Source: Pirellulales bacterium (GTDB lineage: Bacteria > Planctomycetota > Planctomycetia > Pirellulales > PALSA-1355). Taken from it: 64,000 nucleotides of DNA. A model generated the notes under the pieces. The model made no database searches. It was given only the letters and a program-made list of their open reading frames with translations, and was not told the DNA's origin. A program made the position numbers and the translations under genes. Location: the NCBI GenBank assembly GCA_963733035.1, contig CAVTBU010000010.1, positions 1 to 64,000 on the forward strand. The letters run 5' to 3'. Shown here in pieces: positions 31,734 to 46,018 of the stretch. Positions within the stretch are counted from its first letter, which is position 1. The number at the start of each line of letters is the position of its first letter.

Positions 31734-32564
31734 TTAGGTGGTGCGCGATTCGTGGTCGGCGTCGCGCAGATCGGTGACAAACATGCAGCCGGGGCTGTGG
31801 GTAATGGCCAGTTCGAGTCGGGCATTGAGTAGCGCCACTTGAGGTGTAACGCCGCAAGCCCAAAACAGGGGCACTTCGCCGGGGTGAATCGTGACCGCAT
31901 CGCCAAAGTCGGGGCACGCCAGGTCGCCGATGCCCAACGCGGCCGGATCGCCGACGTGCACGGGGCTGCCGTGCATGGTGGGGAAGCGGCTGGTCACTTC
32001 CACGACTCGCTCAACCATCTCCGGCGGATAGGGGCGCATGCTCACGACCAGGTTGCCCGCGAATCGGCCGGCCGGCTGGCAGCGAAGCTGCGTACGGTAC
32101 ATCGGCACGTTGCGCCGCTCGGCAAGGTGCCGCACGGGCAGACCTTCGCGCTCCAGTGCATTCTCGAAGGTAAACGAGCAGCCGAGCAAAAAGGCCACCA
32201 GATCGTCGCGCCACAGCGAGCGGATGTCGGTGAGTTCCTGCGGATCGAGAATCCCCTGGCGGAATACGCGGTAGCGCGGCACGTCGGTGCGCAAGTCGGC
32301 GCCGGGCGCGGTTATGTGGGGCTCGGGGTCACCGGCGGCCGTTTGTTCGAGTAGCGGGCAAGGGCGGTCGTTCGAGCGGCAAAACTCCGCGAATTCCGTC
32401 GCCGCCTCGGCCGGCAAGATGACGAGGTTGGCCTGCACATAGCCCCGCGCCAGTCCGGCGGTCGGACCGGTCCACGTTCCGGCCCGAATGGCTGCGCGCA
32501 ACTGCGCTGCGTTCGCGTCGACCAGCTGGCTGCCGGCTAGTTGTGTTTGGGTGTCGGGTGACAT
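31734..32564 (-). CDS. DUF1445 putative hydro-lyase (D-glutamate cyclase family)
   Basis: QANLVILP, DLRTDVPRYRV, GCSFTFE, NVPMY, VVSMRP, FWACGVTPQ, THSPGCMFVTD. Confidence 0.92.
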   Translation of the reverse strand: MSPDTQTQLAGSQLVDANAAQLRAAIRAGTWTGPTAGLARGYVQANLVILPAEAATEFAEFCRSNDRPCPLLEQTAAGDPEPHITAPGADLRTDVPRYRVFRQGILDPQELTDIRSLWRDDLVAFLLGCSFTFENALEREGLPVRHLAERRNVPMYRTQLRCQPAGRFAGNLVVSMRPYPPEMVERVVEVTSRFPTMHGSPVHVGDPAALGIGDLACPDFGDAVTIHPGEVPLFWACGVTPQVALLNARLELAITHSPGCMFVTDLRDADHESRTT

Positions 32565-33852
32565 CGCTCGTCGATGAATCGTTTACCTTTGCCCTCAACC
32601 CGTGGCAATGTGCCGAGCGGCACCGCCAGGACTTCGACCTTGAGCCCCAACCGCAGGTGAAGTTCCGTGGCAACCCGATCGGGCTGGCTCAGGCGATCTT
32701 CGATCTCCACGACCAGGTGATCCATTTCGCCGAGTTTGCGGGCGGTCATGCGATATTCGATTAACTCGGGAAAGCTCCGCAGAATCTGCTCGACCGAGCT
32801 AGGGAAAACGTTGACGCCGCGAATGACCATCATGTCATCCGCGCGCGACAGTACTCCGCCGGGCAGGTAGACGAAGCGATTGTCGCCGCCGTGTTGCCAA
32901 CTGGGGCGCACCAGGTCGCCGGTTCGATAGCGAATAATGGGGCTGCCGGCTCGGCCAAGGTTCGTGAGCACGAGTTCGGACAACTCGCCTTCGGCGGCGC
33001 CGGTGCCGGTTTCGACATTGAGGAACTCGGCGATGAAGTCGTGTTCGTTGACGTAAACTCCACCGCCTTGCCAGTCGCCGTAGCCCCAGGGGCCGACTTC
33101 GGTGGCGCCGCTGTGATCGAGCACGCGGGCTTGCCAGGCTTGTTCGATACGAGCACGAGTGGCGGGCACCGAACCGCCGGGCTCGCCGGCCAGGATGAGC
33201 GTGCGAACGTCCAGTTCGCCAACGTTGATTTGATGCTCGGCGCCCACCTCGGCCAGGTGCAGGGCGTAACTGGGCGTGCAGAAGACGGCGTTGGCTCCCG
33301 TGGTCCGCATCAGTTCAAGCCGGGCGAGCGTCGTCAAACCGCCGCCCGGCACGGCCAGGCAGCCCCGCGGCAGGCGGCATCGAAGGCGCTCCAGAAGCCG
33401 ACGAACGGTCCGAACGAAAACGCCATGAAGACGCAATCGCCGGGGTTGATTTCGGCGGCGTCCATGACGAACTGCCAACAATTGAGCCACCAGTCCCAAT
33501 CTTCGGCCGTGTCGAGCACGACCAGCGGCCGGCCGCGCGTGCCCGAGGTTTGATGAAAGCGAATGTACTTCTCGCGCGGATACGTCAGGTTCGCGGCGAG
33601 CTGATTGGGGCCCGAAGAAAGCAACTCTTCCTTGAACGTGAAGGGTAGCTCGACCAGTTGGTCGAGCGAACGGAGCGGACCGTCGGGGTGCGAAAGCGCA
33701 TCGGCGGGCAGCGCCAACTTTTCCGCGTAAAAGCGATTGTGCGGCAGAATCGTCTTCAGCAGCCCGTTGAGACGCCGCAACTGATGCACAGCGAGCTGCT
33801 TGGCACCCAGGGCCTCAAATTGGCGGCGTTGTTCGAAAGTGGTGGAAATCAT
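32537..33852 (-). CDS. Phenylacetate-CoA ligase (PaaK) family adenylate-forming enzyme (frameshift near 33370)
   Basis: LPFTFKEEL, HQTSGTRGRP, CTPSYALHL, AGEPG, IRYRTGD, RADDMMVIRGVNVFP. Confidence 0.88.
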
Positions 33853-33995
33853 CCTTCAAATCATAAAGTTCGGCGCGTCGCTCGGCCAGCGGGCACGCCG
33901 CGCGGGATTTGTCATTTGGCCTGGGGGCCTTCGGCCGCGCTGCTAGAATAGCTCAGGTCGACTTTTTACGCCCCGTTCGAAGTAGAATCCCGCCC

Positions 33996-35297
33996 ATGAC
34001 GGACACACCCCGCAAAGGCTCGCTGCTGGTTATCTTTCTGACGGTCTTCATCGACCTGTTGGGATTTGGCATGGTGATTCCGCTGTTGCCGATCTACGCC
34101 AAGGATTTCGCGGCGCAGATGGACCTGGAAGTGGGGCACGCGCGGGTTGGGGTGGTGATCGCGCTGTTGATGTCGAGCTTTTCGGCAATGCAGTTCTTGT
34201 GCGCGCCGCTGTGGGGGCGGCTTTCCGATCGCATCGGCCGGCGGCCGGTGCTGATGTTCGGGCTGATGAGCTCCGTGGTGTTTTACACGCTGTTCGGCAT
34301 CGCCACGGTGATGAAGAGCCTGCCGCTGCTGTTCGTCTCGCGAATCGGAGCGGGAATTGCCGGGGCGACGATTTCGACCGCGCATGCCTACATTGCCGAC
34401 GTGACCAGCAAGGAAAACCGTGCCAAGGGAATGGCCCTGATCGGCGCCGCCTTTGGACTGGGGTTTACGTTCGGACCGCTGTTCGGTTTTTTTGCCGTGC
34501 CCAGCGGCGAGGGCGATCCGGGACCAGGGCCGGGCTATGCCGCGGCGGGCTTGTCGGCCATTGCCCTGGCGCTGGCGTATTTCAAGCTGCCGGAAAGCTT
34601 GGGGCCCGACAGCCAGGCGGCGCGGCGCCATTGGTTCGAACGCAAGGCACTGGCCGACGCGCTGCGCACACCGGCGATTGGCGTGCTGCTGTTGGCGACG
34701 TTCATTTGCGTGTTCTCGTTTGCCAACCTGGAATCGACGCTCTCGCTGATACTCAAGAACAAGGATACCGGCTACGAGTTTTCGTTTCGGCAGATCTGCC
34801 TGATCTATGCCTACATCGGCATCGTGTTGGCTTTCGTGCAAGGTGGCATCGTGCGTCCGCTGTCGACGCGCGTGAGCGAACCGGTGTTAGCGGGTTCGGG
34901 CACGCTGGTCGAAATCGGCGGGTTCCTGCTGCTCGCCTATTCGACGACGCAGGCCTCGCTCACGCTGCTGTTGGTGGGCTTGGGAATTGTGGTGAGCGGT
35001 TTCGCGTTCATGACTCCGTCGCTCAATGCGATGCTCTCGCGGTGGACCGACCCGGCCAAGCAGGGCGGAATTCTGGGCATCGGCCAAAGCATTTCGTCGC
35101 TGGCGCGCATCATGGGGCCGATGGCCGGCGTGCCGCTGGTTGAAAACCAGCTTTTGGCCGAGCGGCTGGGCGTGAAAGCCGCGGTGATGCCGCTAATGTT
35201 GGCCGGCACGATGATGGCGGTGGGATTGCTGCTGATCGTGCTCGCCGCGGTGCGCGGACGCGACTACGAACAGCCGGCCGCCGAACCGGCGGCTTAG
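33996..35297 (+). CDS. MFS transporter (TetA/DHA1-like)
   Basis: IFLTVFIDLLGFGMVIPLLP, WGRLSDRIGRRPVL, AYIADVT..RAKGMALIGAAFGLGFTFGP. Confidence 0.92.
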   Translation: MTDTPRKGSLLVIFLTVFIDLLGFGMVIPLLPIYAKDFAAQMDLEVGHARVGVVIALLMSSFSAMQFLCAPLWGRLSDRIGRRPVLMFGLMSSVVFYTLFGIATVMKSLPLLFVSRIGAGIAGATISTAHAYIADVTSKENRAKGMALIGAAFGLGFTFGPLFGFFAVPSGEGDPGPGPGYAAAGLSAIALALAYFKLPESLGPDSQAARRHWFERKALADALRTPAIGVLLLATFICVFSFANLESTLSLILKNKDTGYEFSFRQICLIYAYIGIVLAFVQGGIVRPLSTRVSEPVLAGSGTLVEIGGFLLLAYSTTQASLTLLLVGLGIVVSGFAFMTPSLNAMLSRWTDPAKQGGILGIGQSISSLARIMGPMAGVPLVENQLLAERLGVKAAVMPLMLAGTMMAVGLLLIVLAAVRGRDYEQPAAEPAA

Positions 35298-35309
35298 GCC
35301 ATCGCCGGC

Positions 35310-39113
<3,804 letters not shown>

Positions 39114-39179
39114 GCGCGCTTTCGCGATGTTGCGGGAAAGAATTGGTTTGTCATTCCCATGCCGCGAGGCTCCCTTCGC

Positions 39180-39968
39180 TCAGCCGGCTGGAACCTCGAC
39201 CGGCAGGACGCCTCGCAGATCGTGCGGCAGGCTACTGTGCACGCAGATCATGTTGATCGAGGCCGTATTGGGAAACACGTTTTCCGCGTTACGCAGGAAA
39301 TTGTTCGGATTGTAATACGCGGGACGATGCCAATACATCTTGTAGTCGAGCGAGTGCAGATGACGCACCAGCGCCGCGGCGCGCTCCTGGCGATCGTTTT
39401 CGATGTAGATGACGGGACGAAAACGACCGATGAGCTTGCTGGCGCCTTGCAGAACCGCGAGTTCCATCCCCTCGACGTCGACTTTAAGAAAATGGCAACC
39501 CGGGAAATTGAAATCGTCGAGCGTCGAGACCGGCACGCGTTCGCCCGACTGGTAGCTGCCGAGGGCCAATCCGCCGAAGTTATTGTCTTTCGTATAGTCG
39601 AGCGAAGGCACGAACACCGCACCCGCCTCGGCGCCCAACGCCTGCTGGAAGGCATAGACGTTGGGCACGCTGTTCAACGCCAGATTGGCACATAGCGTTT
39701 GAAACAGAATTCGCTGGGGCTCGAAGGCAATCACGACGCCGCTACGGGTCACCAGCCTGGCGAGCGTGAGCGTGTGCGCGCCCATGTTGGCTCCGGCTTC
39801 GATGACGATGCTGCCTGGCTGGAGGGTCTGGCGAAAGAGATCCACCTCGCCTTCGGAGTATTCGCCGTACAGGTCGAGCGAACGGCCAATATAGGTGTCG
39901 TGCACGTTGTACAGCATCTGGCCATAGCGGCAGGCCTTCTGATGATTGAATACCTGGAATTGTTCCAC
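39180..39968 (-). CDS. FkbM-family methyltransferase
   Basis: IGRSLDLYGEYSE, EAGANMGAHT, AFEPQ, LKVDVEGME, IYIENDR. Confidence 0.9.
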   Translation of the reverse strand: MEQFQVFNHQKACRYGQMLYNVHDTYIGRSLDLYGEYSEGEVDLFRQTLQPGSIVIEAGANMGAHTLTLARLVTRSGVVIAFEPQRILFQTLCANLALNSVPNVYAFQQALGAEAGAVFVPSLDYTKDNNFGGLALGSYQSGERVPVSTLDDFNFPGCHFLKVDVEGMELAVLQGASKLIGRFRPVIYIENDRQERAAALVRHLHSLDYKMYWHRPAYYNPNNFLRNAENVFPNTASINMICVHSSLPHDLRGVLPVEVPAG

Positions 39969-40163
39969 GTCGTGGCGTCTCCCCCTGTCTAGAGAACTGG
40001 CAGCGATTCAGCACCATCCGGGTAAAGCGTGTATTTTAACGGGCCGTTCGAAAATGTCTGCCGCGCATTTTTTATCTTGCCGGGCACGAGCGTTCGTGGT
40101 TGGCCGGGCGCCATTCTATCATTGCGCCGATGCAATCGCGCGTCCCAACGATAAATAGGGTTG

Positions 40164-42353
40164 TTAACCACCCGCGGTTCGTTTTTGCGAGAGAGCGGCC
40201 AGCTCAGTTTGCATGCGCGCGAATGCGTCGGACCAGTCGCCGGCAGTCGTTTGTCGAAACAGACGCATCGTTGGATACCAAGGGCAATCGTCGCGGTCGA
40301 GCATCCATCGCCACTCGGGAACTTTGGCCAGCGCGAGCCAGACTGGAATGCCCAAGCCGCCGGCCAGGTGGGCGGCCGCGGTATCCGAGGTGACGACCAG
40401 ATCCAGGCTGCTCATCACGGCGGCGGTGTCCATGAATGCGCCGGACGCTGTATCGAACTCCCCGCCCAATTCGATGGGGTCGAATTGAGAAGCGACTTCG
40501 GCCAACTGCTCGGTTCCGTGTCCCTTTTGCAAGCTGACGAGCGTTACGCCCTTGACGTCGGCTAGCGGCGCGAATTGGGCCAGCGGGATCGAGCGAAAGT
40601 GATCGAAGGCATAATCGGGGTTTCCCTGCCAGTTGATGCCGACCTTGATTCCCGGCAACTTGCGGAGCGCGCCGCGCCATTGTTTGATCAACCGCGGATC
40701 GGCGGCCAGATAAGGCACGTCGGCCGGAAGATTCTCGAGCGTGGTTCCCAAAACCAGCGGCAGGCTCAAGAGGGGAACCTCCAGATCGAACCGCGGCAGC
40801 GGCGAGCCACCGGGAATGACGCCCGTGATGCCGGAGGCTTTGAGCAGCGGCACCAGTGCCGGCTGCACCTCGACGAACACCGAGCCGCCCAGCCGCTGCA
40901 CGTGCTTGATGTAGCGAATGAAATGCAACGTGTCGCCGAGTCCTTGTTCGGCGTGAACGAGCATGGTGTGCCCTTCCAGCGACGAACCGTTCCAGCGGGG
41001 CACGTTGAATCGGCGTCCCTTGTAATCCTTGCACTTGAGCCGCCACTCGTAGTCCTGCCAACCGGCCGCCAAATCGCCGCGCGACAGATACACGAACGAG
41101 CGGTTGTAGTGAGCCTCGGCGTAATCGGGGTCCTGGCGAATTGCTTCGCCGTAGGCCGCCAGAGCGTCCGTGTCGCGCCCCTTGGTGTGCAGTGCGGCGC
41201 CGAGGCAATAGTGGGCCCGCGGAATGTTCGGATCGGTGGCAATCGAACGCTCGTAGGCCGCGATCGCTTCGTCCACGTGTCCCTGCATTTGCAGCGCCGA
41301 GCCGACGTTCAACTGCGCTTCGGCCGATTTCGGCTCGAGTTCCAACGCTTTGCGATAGCAGGCCAGCGCCTCGTCGAAACGCTTCTGGTCTTGATAGACC
41401 GTGCCCAGATTGTTGTAGGCCTCGGCGAAGTCGGGTTGGGCCTCGATCGCGCGGCGAAACAGATCGGCCGCCCCATCGTAGTCCTTGCGGTCGTGCAGCA
41501 CCGAGCCCAGATTGCTGAGTGCCGCGGCCAAATTGGGTGACTCGTGCAGCGCCAAGCGAAAGCACTGCTCGGCCTGATCGAGCCGGTTCATCGCCCGAAA
41601 CACGCAGCCAAGATTGTTCTGGGCCTCGACGTGCCGCGGGTTGCGAACCACGGCGGCTTGCAGTTCCGTGGCGGCCTCTTCCAGGCGTCCTTCGGAGTTG
41701 AACAACGAGCCGAGCCAATAGTGTGCGTCGACGCTCTCGGGATCGATTTGCAATGCCAGTCGATAGGTCGATTCGGCGGCCGTGCGTTTGTCGAGCCGCA
41801 GTTGAATGTTGGCCAATGCCATGGCCGCGCGCAGGTAGTCGGGCCGGCCGGCGAGTGCCGTGGCGTAGCAACGTTCGGCCTCGACGAATTGGCCTTCGTC
41901 GCGGAGCAAGTTACCGAGGTTGAATTGAGCTTCGACGAATTTCGGTGCCAACGCGATGGCCCGCCGGTAACTTTCGATGGCGTCGGACTTCTGACCGCGC
42001 AGGGCCAGCAGCGCCGCGAGGTTGTAGTGTGTCTGCGGATCGTTGGCGGCGAGTTGACATGCCTGGCGAAAACAGCGCTCGGCATCGTCCAGCTTGTCGA
42101 GCGCGGCGTAGGCCGCTCCCTGGTGATTCAGGTACGTGGAGTTGGGGCCGCTGATGGCCAAGGCCCGCGAGATGTGTTCGATCGCCTCGGCATGCCGTCC
42201 CGCCTGGTGCGCGGCCACTCCCATCAGGTGCCAGGCATCGGCATGGTTGGGTTCGTGCTCGATGATCTGGCGATAAATCTGTTCGGCCTGCGCAAGTTCG
42301 CCCCGTTGGTGGTGCGTGAAGGCAATCGACAGGGCTTCGGGGATCGTGGGCAC
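40164..42353 (-). CDS. TPR-repeat protein with C-terminal glycosyltransferase (GT9-like) domain
   Basis: About 12 TPR repeats; GWQDYEWR, EQGLGDTLHFIRY, LDLVVTSDTAAAHLAGGLG, PWYPTMRLFRQ. Confidence 0.9.
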   Translation of the reverse strand: MPTIPEALSIAFTHHQRGELAQAEQIYRQIIEHEPNHADAWHLMGVAAHQAGRHAEAIEHISRALAISGPNSTYLNHQGAAYAALDKLDDAERCFRQACQLAANDPQTHYNLAALLALRGQKSDAIESYRRAIALAPKFVEAQFNLGNLLRDEGQFVEAERCYATALAGRPDYLRAAMALANIQLRLDKRTAAESTYRLALQIDPESVDAHYWLGSLFNSEGRLEEAATELQAAVVRNPRHVEAQNNLGCVFRAMNRLDQAEQCFRLALHESPNLAAALSNLGSVLHDRKDYDGAADLFRRAIEAQPDFAEAYNNLGTVYQDQKRFDEALACYRKALELEPKSAEAQLNVGSALQMQGHVDEAIAAYERSIATDPNIPRAHYCLGAALHTKGRDTDALAAYGEAIRQDPDYAEAHYNRSFVYLSRGDLAAGWQDYEWRLKCKDYKGRRFNVPRWNGSSLEGHTMLVHAEQGLGDTLHFIRYIKHVQRLGGSVFVEVQPALVPLLKASGITGVIPGGSPLPRFDLEVPLLSLPLVLGTTLENLPADVPYLAADPRLIKQWRGALRKLPGIKVGINWQGNPDYAFDHFRSIPLAQFAPLADVKGVTLVSLQKGHGTEQLAEVASQFDPIELGGEFDTASGAFMDTAAVMSSLDLVVTSDTAAAHLAGGLGIPVWLALAKVPEWRWMLDRDDCPWYPTMRLFRQTTAGDWSDAFARMQTELAALSQKRTAGG

Positions 42354-42757
42354 GGGTTCGTCCTGAAAGGCGCTCGCTCGTTGTCGTAACTCGTGGGCCG
42401 AGGGGGTAAATATTGCGGTGCGGTGCCCGGGGGGTGAAGACCACGGGCCGAGCGATGCCGATGGAATCGGCGTTTCCGCTCCGTTTCGCTACCTAAATTT
42501 ACGACGCGAATTCCCGCTCGGAGCGTCGAAATCTGCTGAATTCCCGGGCATTTTTGAGAGTCAGCCGGTGGACGGCCGGGCACGTTGGCAAGCGGGGCAA
42601 GTAAGGCGAGCGGGAGCAGCCAATTGTGCCACTCACATCAGAAACGAGTTCACTGCCATGGCAGAGACTATCGGCCTGTGGGACGGCGCAGCGACATCGG
42701 CGGCGAAATCGCAATCGACAGCTCGTGGGTTGGATTGTCATCGCGAAGTGACGGCGG

Positions 42758-44005
42758 TCATTGCTTGCCGACGGCGACCAATTGCGATTGGCTCCGCAAG
42801 AACATGCGGCCGTCGGCCACGGCGGGTGTCGAGCGGCTCGTTTCGCCGAGCGGACTGCGTCCGAGAATTTCGAACTCCTTGGAAGCGGCGATGGCGACGC
42901 ACTCTCCTTCAGCGGAAAGACAATAGATGACGTTGCCAACCCTCACGGGCGAACCGAAATAGTCGCCGCCCACGCGCTTTCGCCACAAGATCTCTCCGTT
43001 GTCGCCGTTCATGCAGCTGACCACACCGCGGTCGCCCCACAGGAACACGAGGTTGCCCTTGGCCACCAGCGAGGGCACGTAAGGCGCGCTGGTGCGGTCG
43101 ACCTGATACTCCACCTTGGGGGTGCTGCCCTCGGCGTAGGGCTTGATGGCGACCAGGTTATTGTTTCCGCCCCCCTGGCCGCAGGTCGCCAATACCAGAC
43201 CGTCGACGACAATCGGCGAGCTGACGGGGCGCCGGGTTAGCACGTCTGGCTCTTCCCAGCGGACCTGGCCGGTCAATGGATCGAGGCCCGTTACGCCATG
43301 TGCCCGGCTGCATAGAATCAACTCGGCCGGGCGTCCGGGCGGACGGTAGATGCAGGGCGTGGCATAGCAAGTGTTTTGCTCGGCGAGATGCTGGCGATCG
43401 ATTTTCCATTTCGTCGCACCACTTGTGCGGTCGACCGCCACGACAAAACTGTCGGCGTCCTGATCGTTGGCGATGATGACCAACTCACCGAACAAAATGG
43501 GCGACGTTCCGAATCCGTGCTGGCTGGCAAATGGGCCCAGATCCGCTTTCCAGACGGGCTCGCCGTCGTGCGTCAGTGCGAGAAGCGTGAATTCATCAGG
43601 CGTGCTCCAAGCGCAGTACACGCGATCTTCGTCCACGCAGGGTGTGCTCGAGGCCAAGGTATTGAGCTGGTGAATCGGGTGGACCTGCGATGGATACTCG
43701 CGCTGCCAGAGGACTTTGCCGTTCGTAGCCGACAAGCAAAGGACGTAGCGCGTGCCATTCTTGGGGTCGGCGCTGAGCAAAAAGATTCGCTCGCCCCACA
43801 GCACGGGCGACGAATTGCCCGCGCCCGGCAGTGTGGCCTTCCACAATTCCTCGCCGTCGCTCCAGGAGACCGGGATGGCGTTGGCTTCGCTTTCTCCGGT
43901 GCCGTTGGGTCCGCGGAAACGCGTCCACTGCTGGGCCGCGGCGTGGTTGGCCAAAACAAGGAACAAGACGAAGGTCACGATGCTTGGGAGCCTGTGCTTG
44001 ATCAT
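42758..44005 (-). CDS. PQQ-binding-like beta-propeller (BamB-like) exported protein
   Basis: Signal peptide; QWTRFRGPNGTG, GNSSPV, HGFGTSPI, STPAVADGRMFLRS. Confidence 0.88.
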   Translation of the reverse strand: MIKHRLPSIVTFVLFLVLANHAAAQQWTRFRGPNGTGESEANAIPVSWSDGEELWKATLPGAGNSSPVLWGERIFLLSADPKNGTRYVLCLSATNGKVLWQREYPSQVHPIHQLNTLASSTPCVDEDRVYCAWSTPDEFTLLALTHDGEPVWKADLGPFASQHGFGTSPILFGELVIIANDQDADSFVVAVDRTSGATKWKIDRQHLAEQNTCYATPCIYRPPGRPAELILCSRAHGVTGLDPLTGQVRWEEPDVLTRRPVSSPIVVDGLVLATCGQGGGNNNLVAIKPYAEGSTPKVEYQVDRTSAPYVPSLVAKGNLVFLWGDRGVVSCMNGDNGEILWRKRVGGDYFGSPVRVGNVIYCLSAEGECVAIAASKEFEILGRSPLGETSRSTPAVADGRMFLRSQSQLVAVGKQ

Positions 44006-44046
44006 GTCGCTTGGTTTCTTTCGCTGTCCGCAGTGCTGTTGAACCG

Positions 44047-45885
44047 TCATGGGGTCGACGTCAGCCCGTATTGCTTGACCTTATAATACAAAGTTGCGCG
44101 GCCGATCCCCAATAGGTTGGCGGCTTCGGGTACGTTGCCGCCGGTGCGGCGGAGGGCCTCGCCAATGAGCCGCTTTTCCCAGTATTTTAGTTGTAGCGAC
44201 TCCAACTCGTCTCCCACGGGCTCGTGCAGGCCGAGGTCGCCGACTTTGATTTCCGCGTCTTCGGCCAGGACGACCGCGCTGTCGAGCACGTTGCGCAGCT
44301 GCCGCACGTTGCCCGGCCAGCTATAGGCCAGAAGCTTTTGTCGGGCTGCCTGCGAGAGCTGCAAATTCGGCCGCCCGTGTTGCCTGCGAAAGTGGTCGAG
44401 AAAGAATTCGACGAGCATCGCGATGTCGGTTCCGCGGGCCCGCAGCGGCGGAGCTTGCAGTTCGAACACGGCCAGTCGGTAGAACAGGTCCTCGCGAAAC
44501 TTTCGCTCGCGGACGTAGGTCTTGAGATCCTGGTTGGTGGCCGCGATCACGCGCACGTCGACGCTCACTTCCTGCTGCGCGCCAACTGGCAGAAACGGAT
44601 GTCCCTCGAGAATGCGCAGCAGCCGCGCCTGGCCCTCGAGTGTCATTTCGCCGACTTCGTCGAGAAACAGCGTGGCCTGATCGGCCTGCTGGAAATAGCC
44701 GACGTGATCGCGATCGGCGCCGGTGAACGACCCTGCCTTGTGACCGAAGAGCTGGCTATCCATCAAGTCGGGCGGAATCGCGGCGCAGTTGACGCAAAGC
44801 ATCGGACGATCCGCCCGAGGACTGGCATGGTGCACGGCCCTGGCGATGAGCTCCTTGCCGGTTCCGCTCTCGCCGGTGATCAGCACGGCTCCGCTGGAGC
44901 GGCCGATACGCACGATCTTGCTTTTCAGTTCGCGCATGGCCGGGCAATCGCCGATGATTTCCCCCTGGTCGGGAAGCTTGGCCACCAGGTTCTGGTAGTC
45001 GGTGCTGATCGTTCGTTCGCGCAGCACGCGAACCAGCGCCACGGTGGTGATGCTGGCGATTGAGATTGAAAAGTCGAAGTCGCTTTGTCGAAAGCGGCCG
45101 TGTTCGAGGTAGACGTGCAGGGCGCCGAGCACCGTGCCTTCGTGCACCAACGGGACGCAGAGCGCGTCGGCATAGTGTTCCAGGCTGTCGGTCGTCGCGC
45201 CGGCACGTTGGTTGGCGATCCAGATGGCTTGCTTCTGCTGACACACCAGCTCGGTCAGCCCCTTGCTCAATTCGGCGTGCGTGGCCGAGTTGTTCGGCAC
45301 GACAAACCGCGGCTTCAAATCGCCCTGGTCGGTGAGCGACAGATAACCGACCACCGTGGCCTTGGTCCACTCGTGGACCAGTTCCAGCGAGCTTTTGACG
45401 ACCTCGTCGGGCGCGTCGCAGCCCAGCAGCTTGATGCTGAATTGGTAGAGCAGCAGAAGCTCCTGCGCGCGGCGGGTGTCGGCCAGCGCCGCCAGCGGCT
45501 GCGGTTCCAGGCTGCCGCCGTGAATGGGAAAGTTCTTGATGACCGTTTCGGTCAGTTCGCCGTCGATTTGCGAGGCCAGCGTCGGAGGTTGATCAGTAAG
45601 GTGGAACTCGAACTCGGTGCTGCCGATGCGCAACGAATGTCCGTCGGCCAGCGTGGCGGTATCAATCTTCTGGTCGTTGACGAACGTGCCGTTGCGGCTT
45701 TCGCAATCGCGCAGCTGCCATACGCCCTGCTGCTGACTCAGGATGGCATGGACCCGCGAACAGAGCGGATCGCTGAGCGTGACGGTGCATTCCGGATCGC
45801 GGCCGATCGGATTCTGATCGGTGGGGTCGAGCAAAAAACTGGTGCCCGCCCGGCTACCGACAGTCATGGTGAGATAAACATACAC
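44047..45885 (-). CDS. Sigma-54-dependent enhancer-binding protein with FHA, GAF, AAA+ and Fis HTH domains
   Basis: FHA IGR..SRVHA..SRNGTFVN; GESGTGKE; GSFTGA; LFLDEVGE; FREDLFYRL; WPGNVRQL; LLGIGRATLY. Confidence 0.92.
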   Translation of the reverse strand: MYVYLTMTVGSRAGTSFLLDPTDQNPIGRDPECTVTLSDPLCSRVHAILSQQQGVWQLRDCESRNGTFVNDQKIDTATLADGHSLRIGSTEFEFHLTDQPPTLASQIDGELTETVIKNFPIHGGSLEPQPLAALADTRRAQELLLLYQFSIKLLGCDAPDEVVKSSLELVHEWTKATVVGYLSLTDQGDLKPRFVVPNNSATHAELSKGLTELVCQQKQAIWIANQRAGATTDSLEHYADALCVPLVHEGTVLGALHVYLEHGRFRQSDFDFSISIASITTVALVRVLRERTISTDYQNLVAKLPDQGEIIGDCPAMRELKSKIVRIGRSSGAVLITGESGTGKELIARAVHHASPRADRPMLCVNCAAIPPDLMDSQLFGHKAGSFTGADRDHVGYFQQADQATLFLDEVGEMTLEGQARLLRILEGHPFLPVGAQQEVSVDVRVIAATNQDLKTYVRERKFREDLFYRLAVFELQAPPLRARGTDIAMLVEFFLDHFRRQHGRPNLQLSQAARQKLLAYSWPGNVRQLRNVLDSAVVLAEDAEIKVGDLGLHEPVGDELESLQLKYWEKRLIGEALRRTGGNVPEAANLLGIGRATLYYKVKQYGLTSTP

Positions 45886-45985
45886 AGGGAGCGCCGCCTG
45901 GTGGCAAAGCCGCGAAACGCATCACAGACGAGCGCGGATGGTGGCACGCGCCGCGCAATCGACATTAGTATACCAGTCTAGATTG

Positions 45986-46012
45986 TTGACTCACACCGCG
46001 GGCCTTTACAAT
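45986..46012 (+). promoter_or_regulatory. Putative sigma70 promoter for the chelatase gene (probably leaderless)
   Basis: TTGACT (45986) and TACAAT (46007-46012), then ATG 6 nt later. Spacer is only 15 bp. Confidence 0.45.
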
Positions 46013-46018
46013 TGGCGC

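Noticed and set aside
33996..35297. Tetracycline resistance gene call
   Set aside because: Family-level TetA similarity only, with no tetR nearby; substrate cannot be assigned.
42618..42632. Sigma-54-like TGGCAC on the minus strand, and a similar one at 8524
   Set aside because: GG-to-GC spacing is 11 rather than the required 10.
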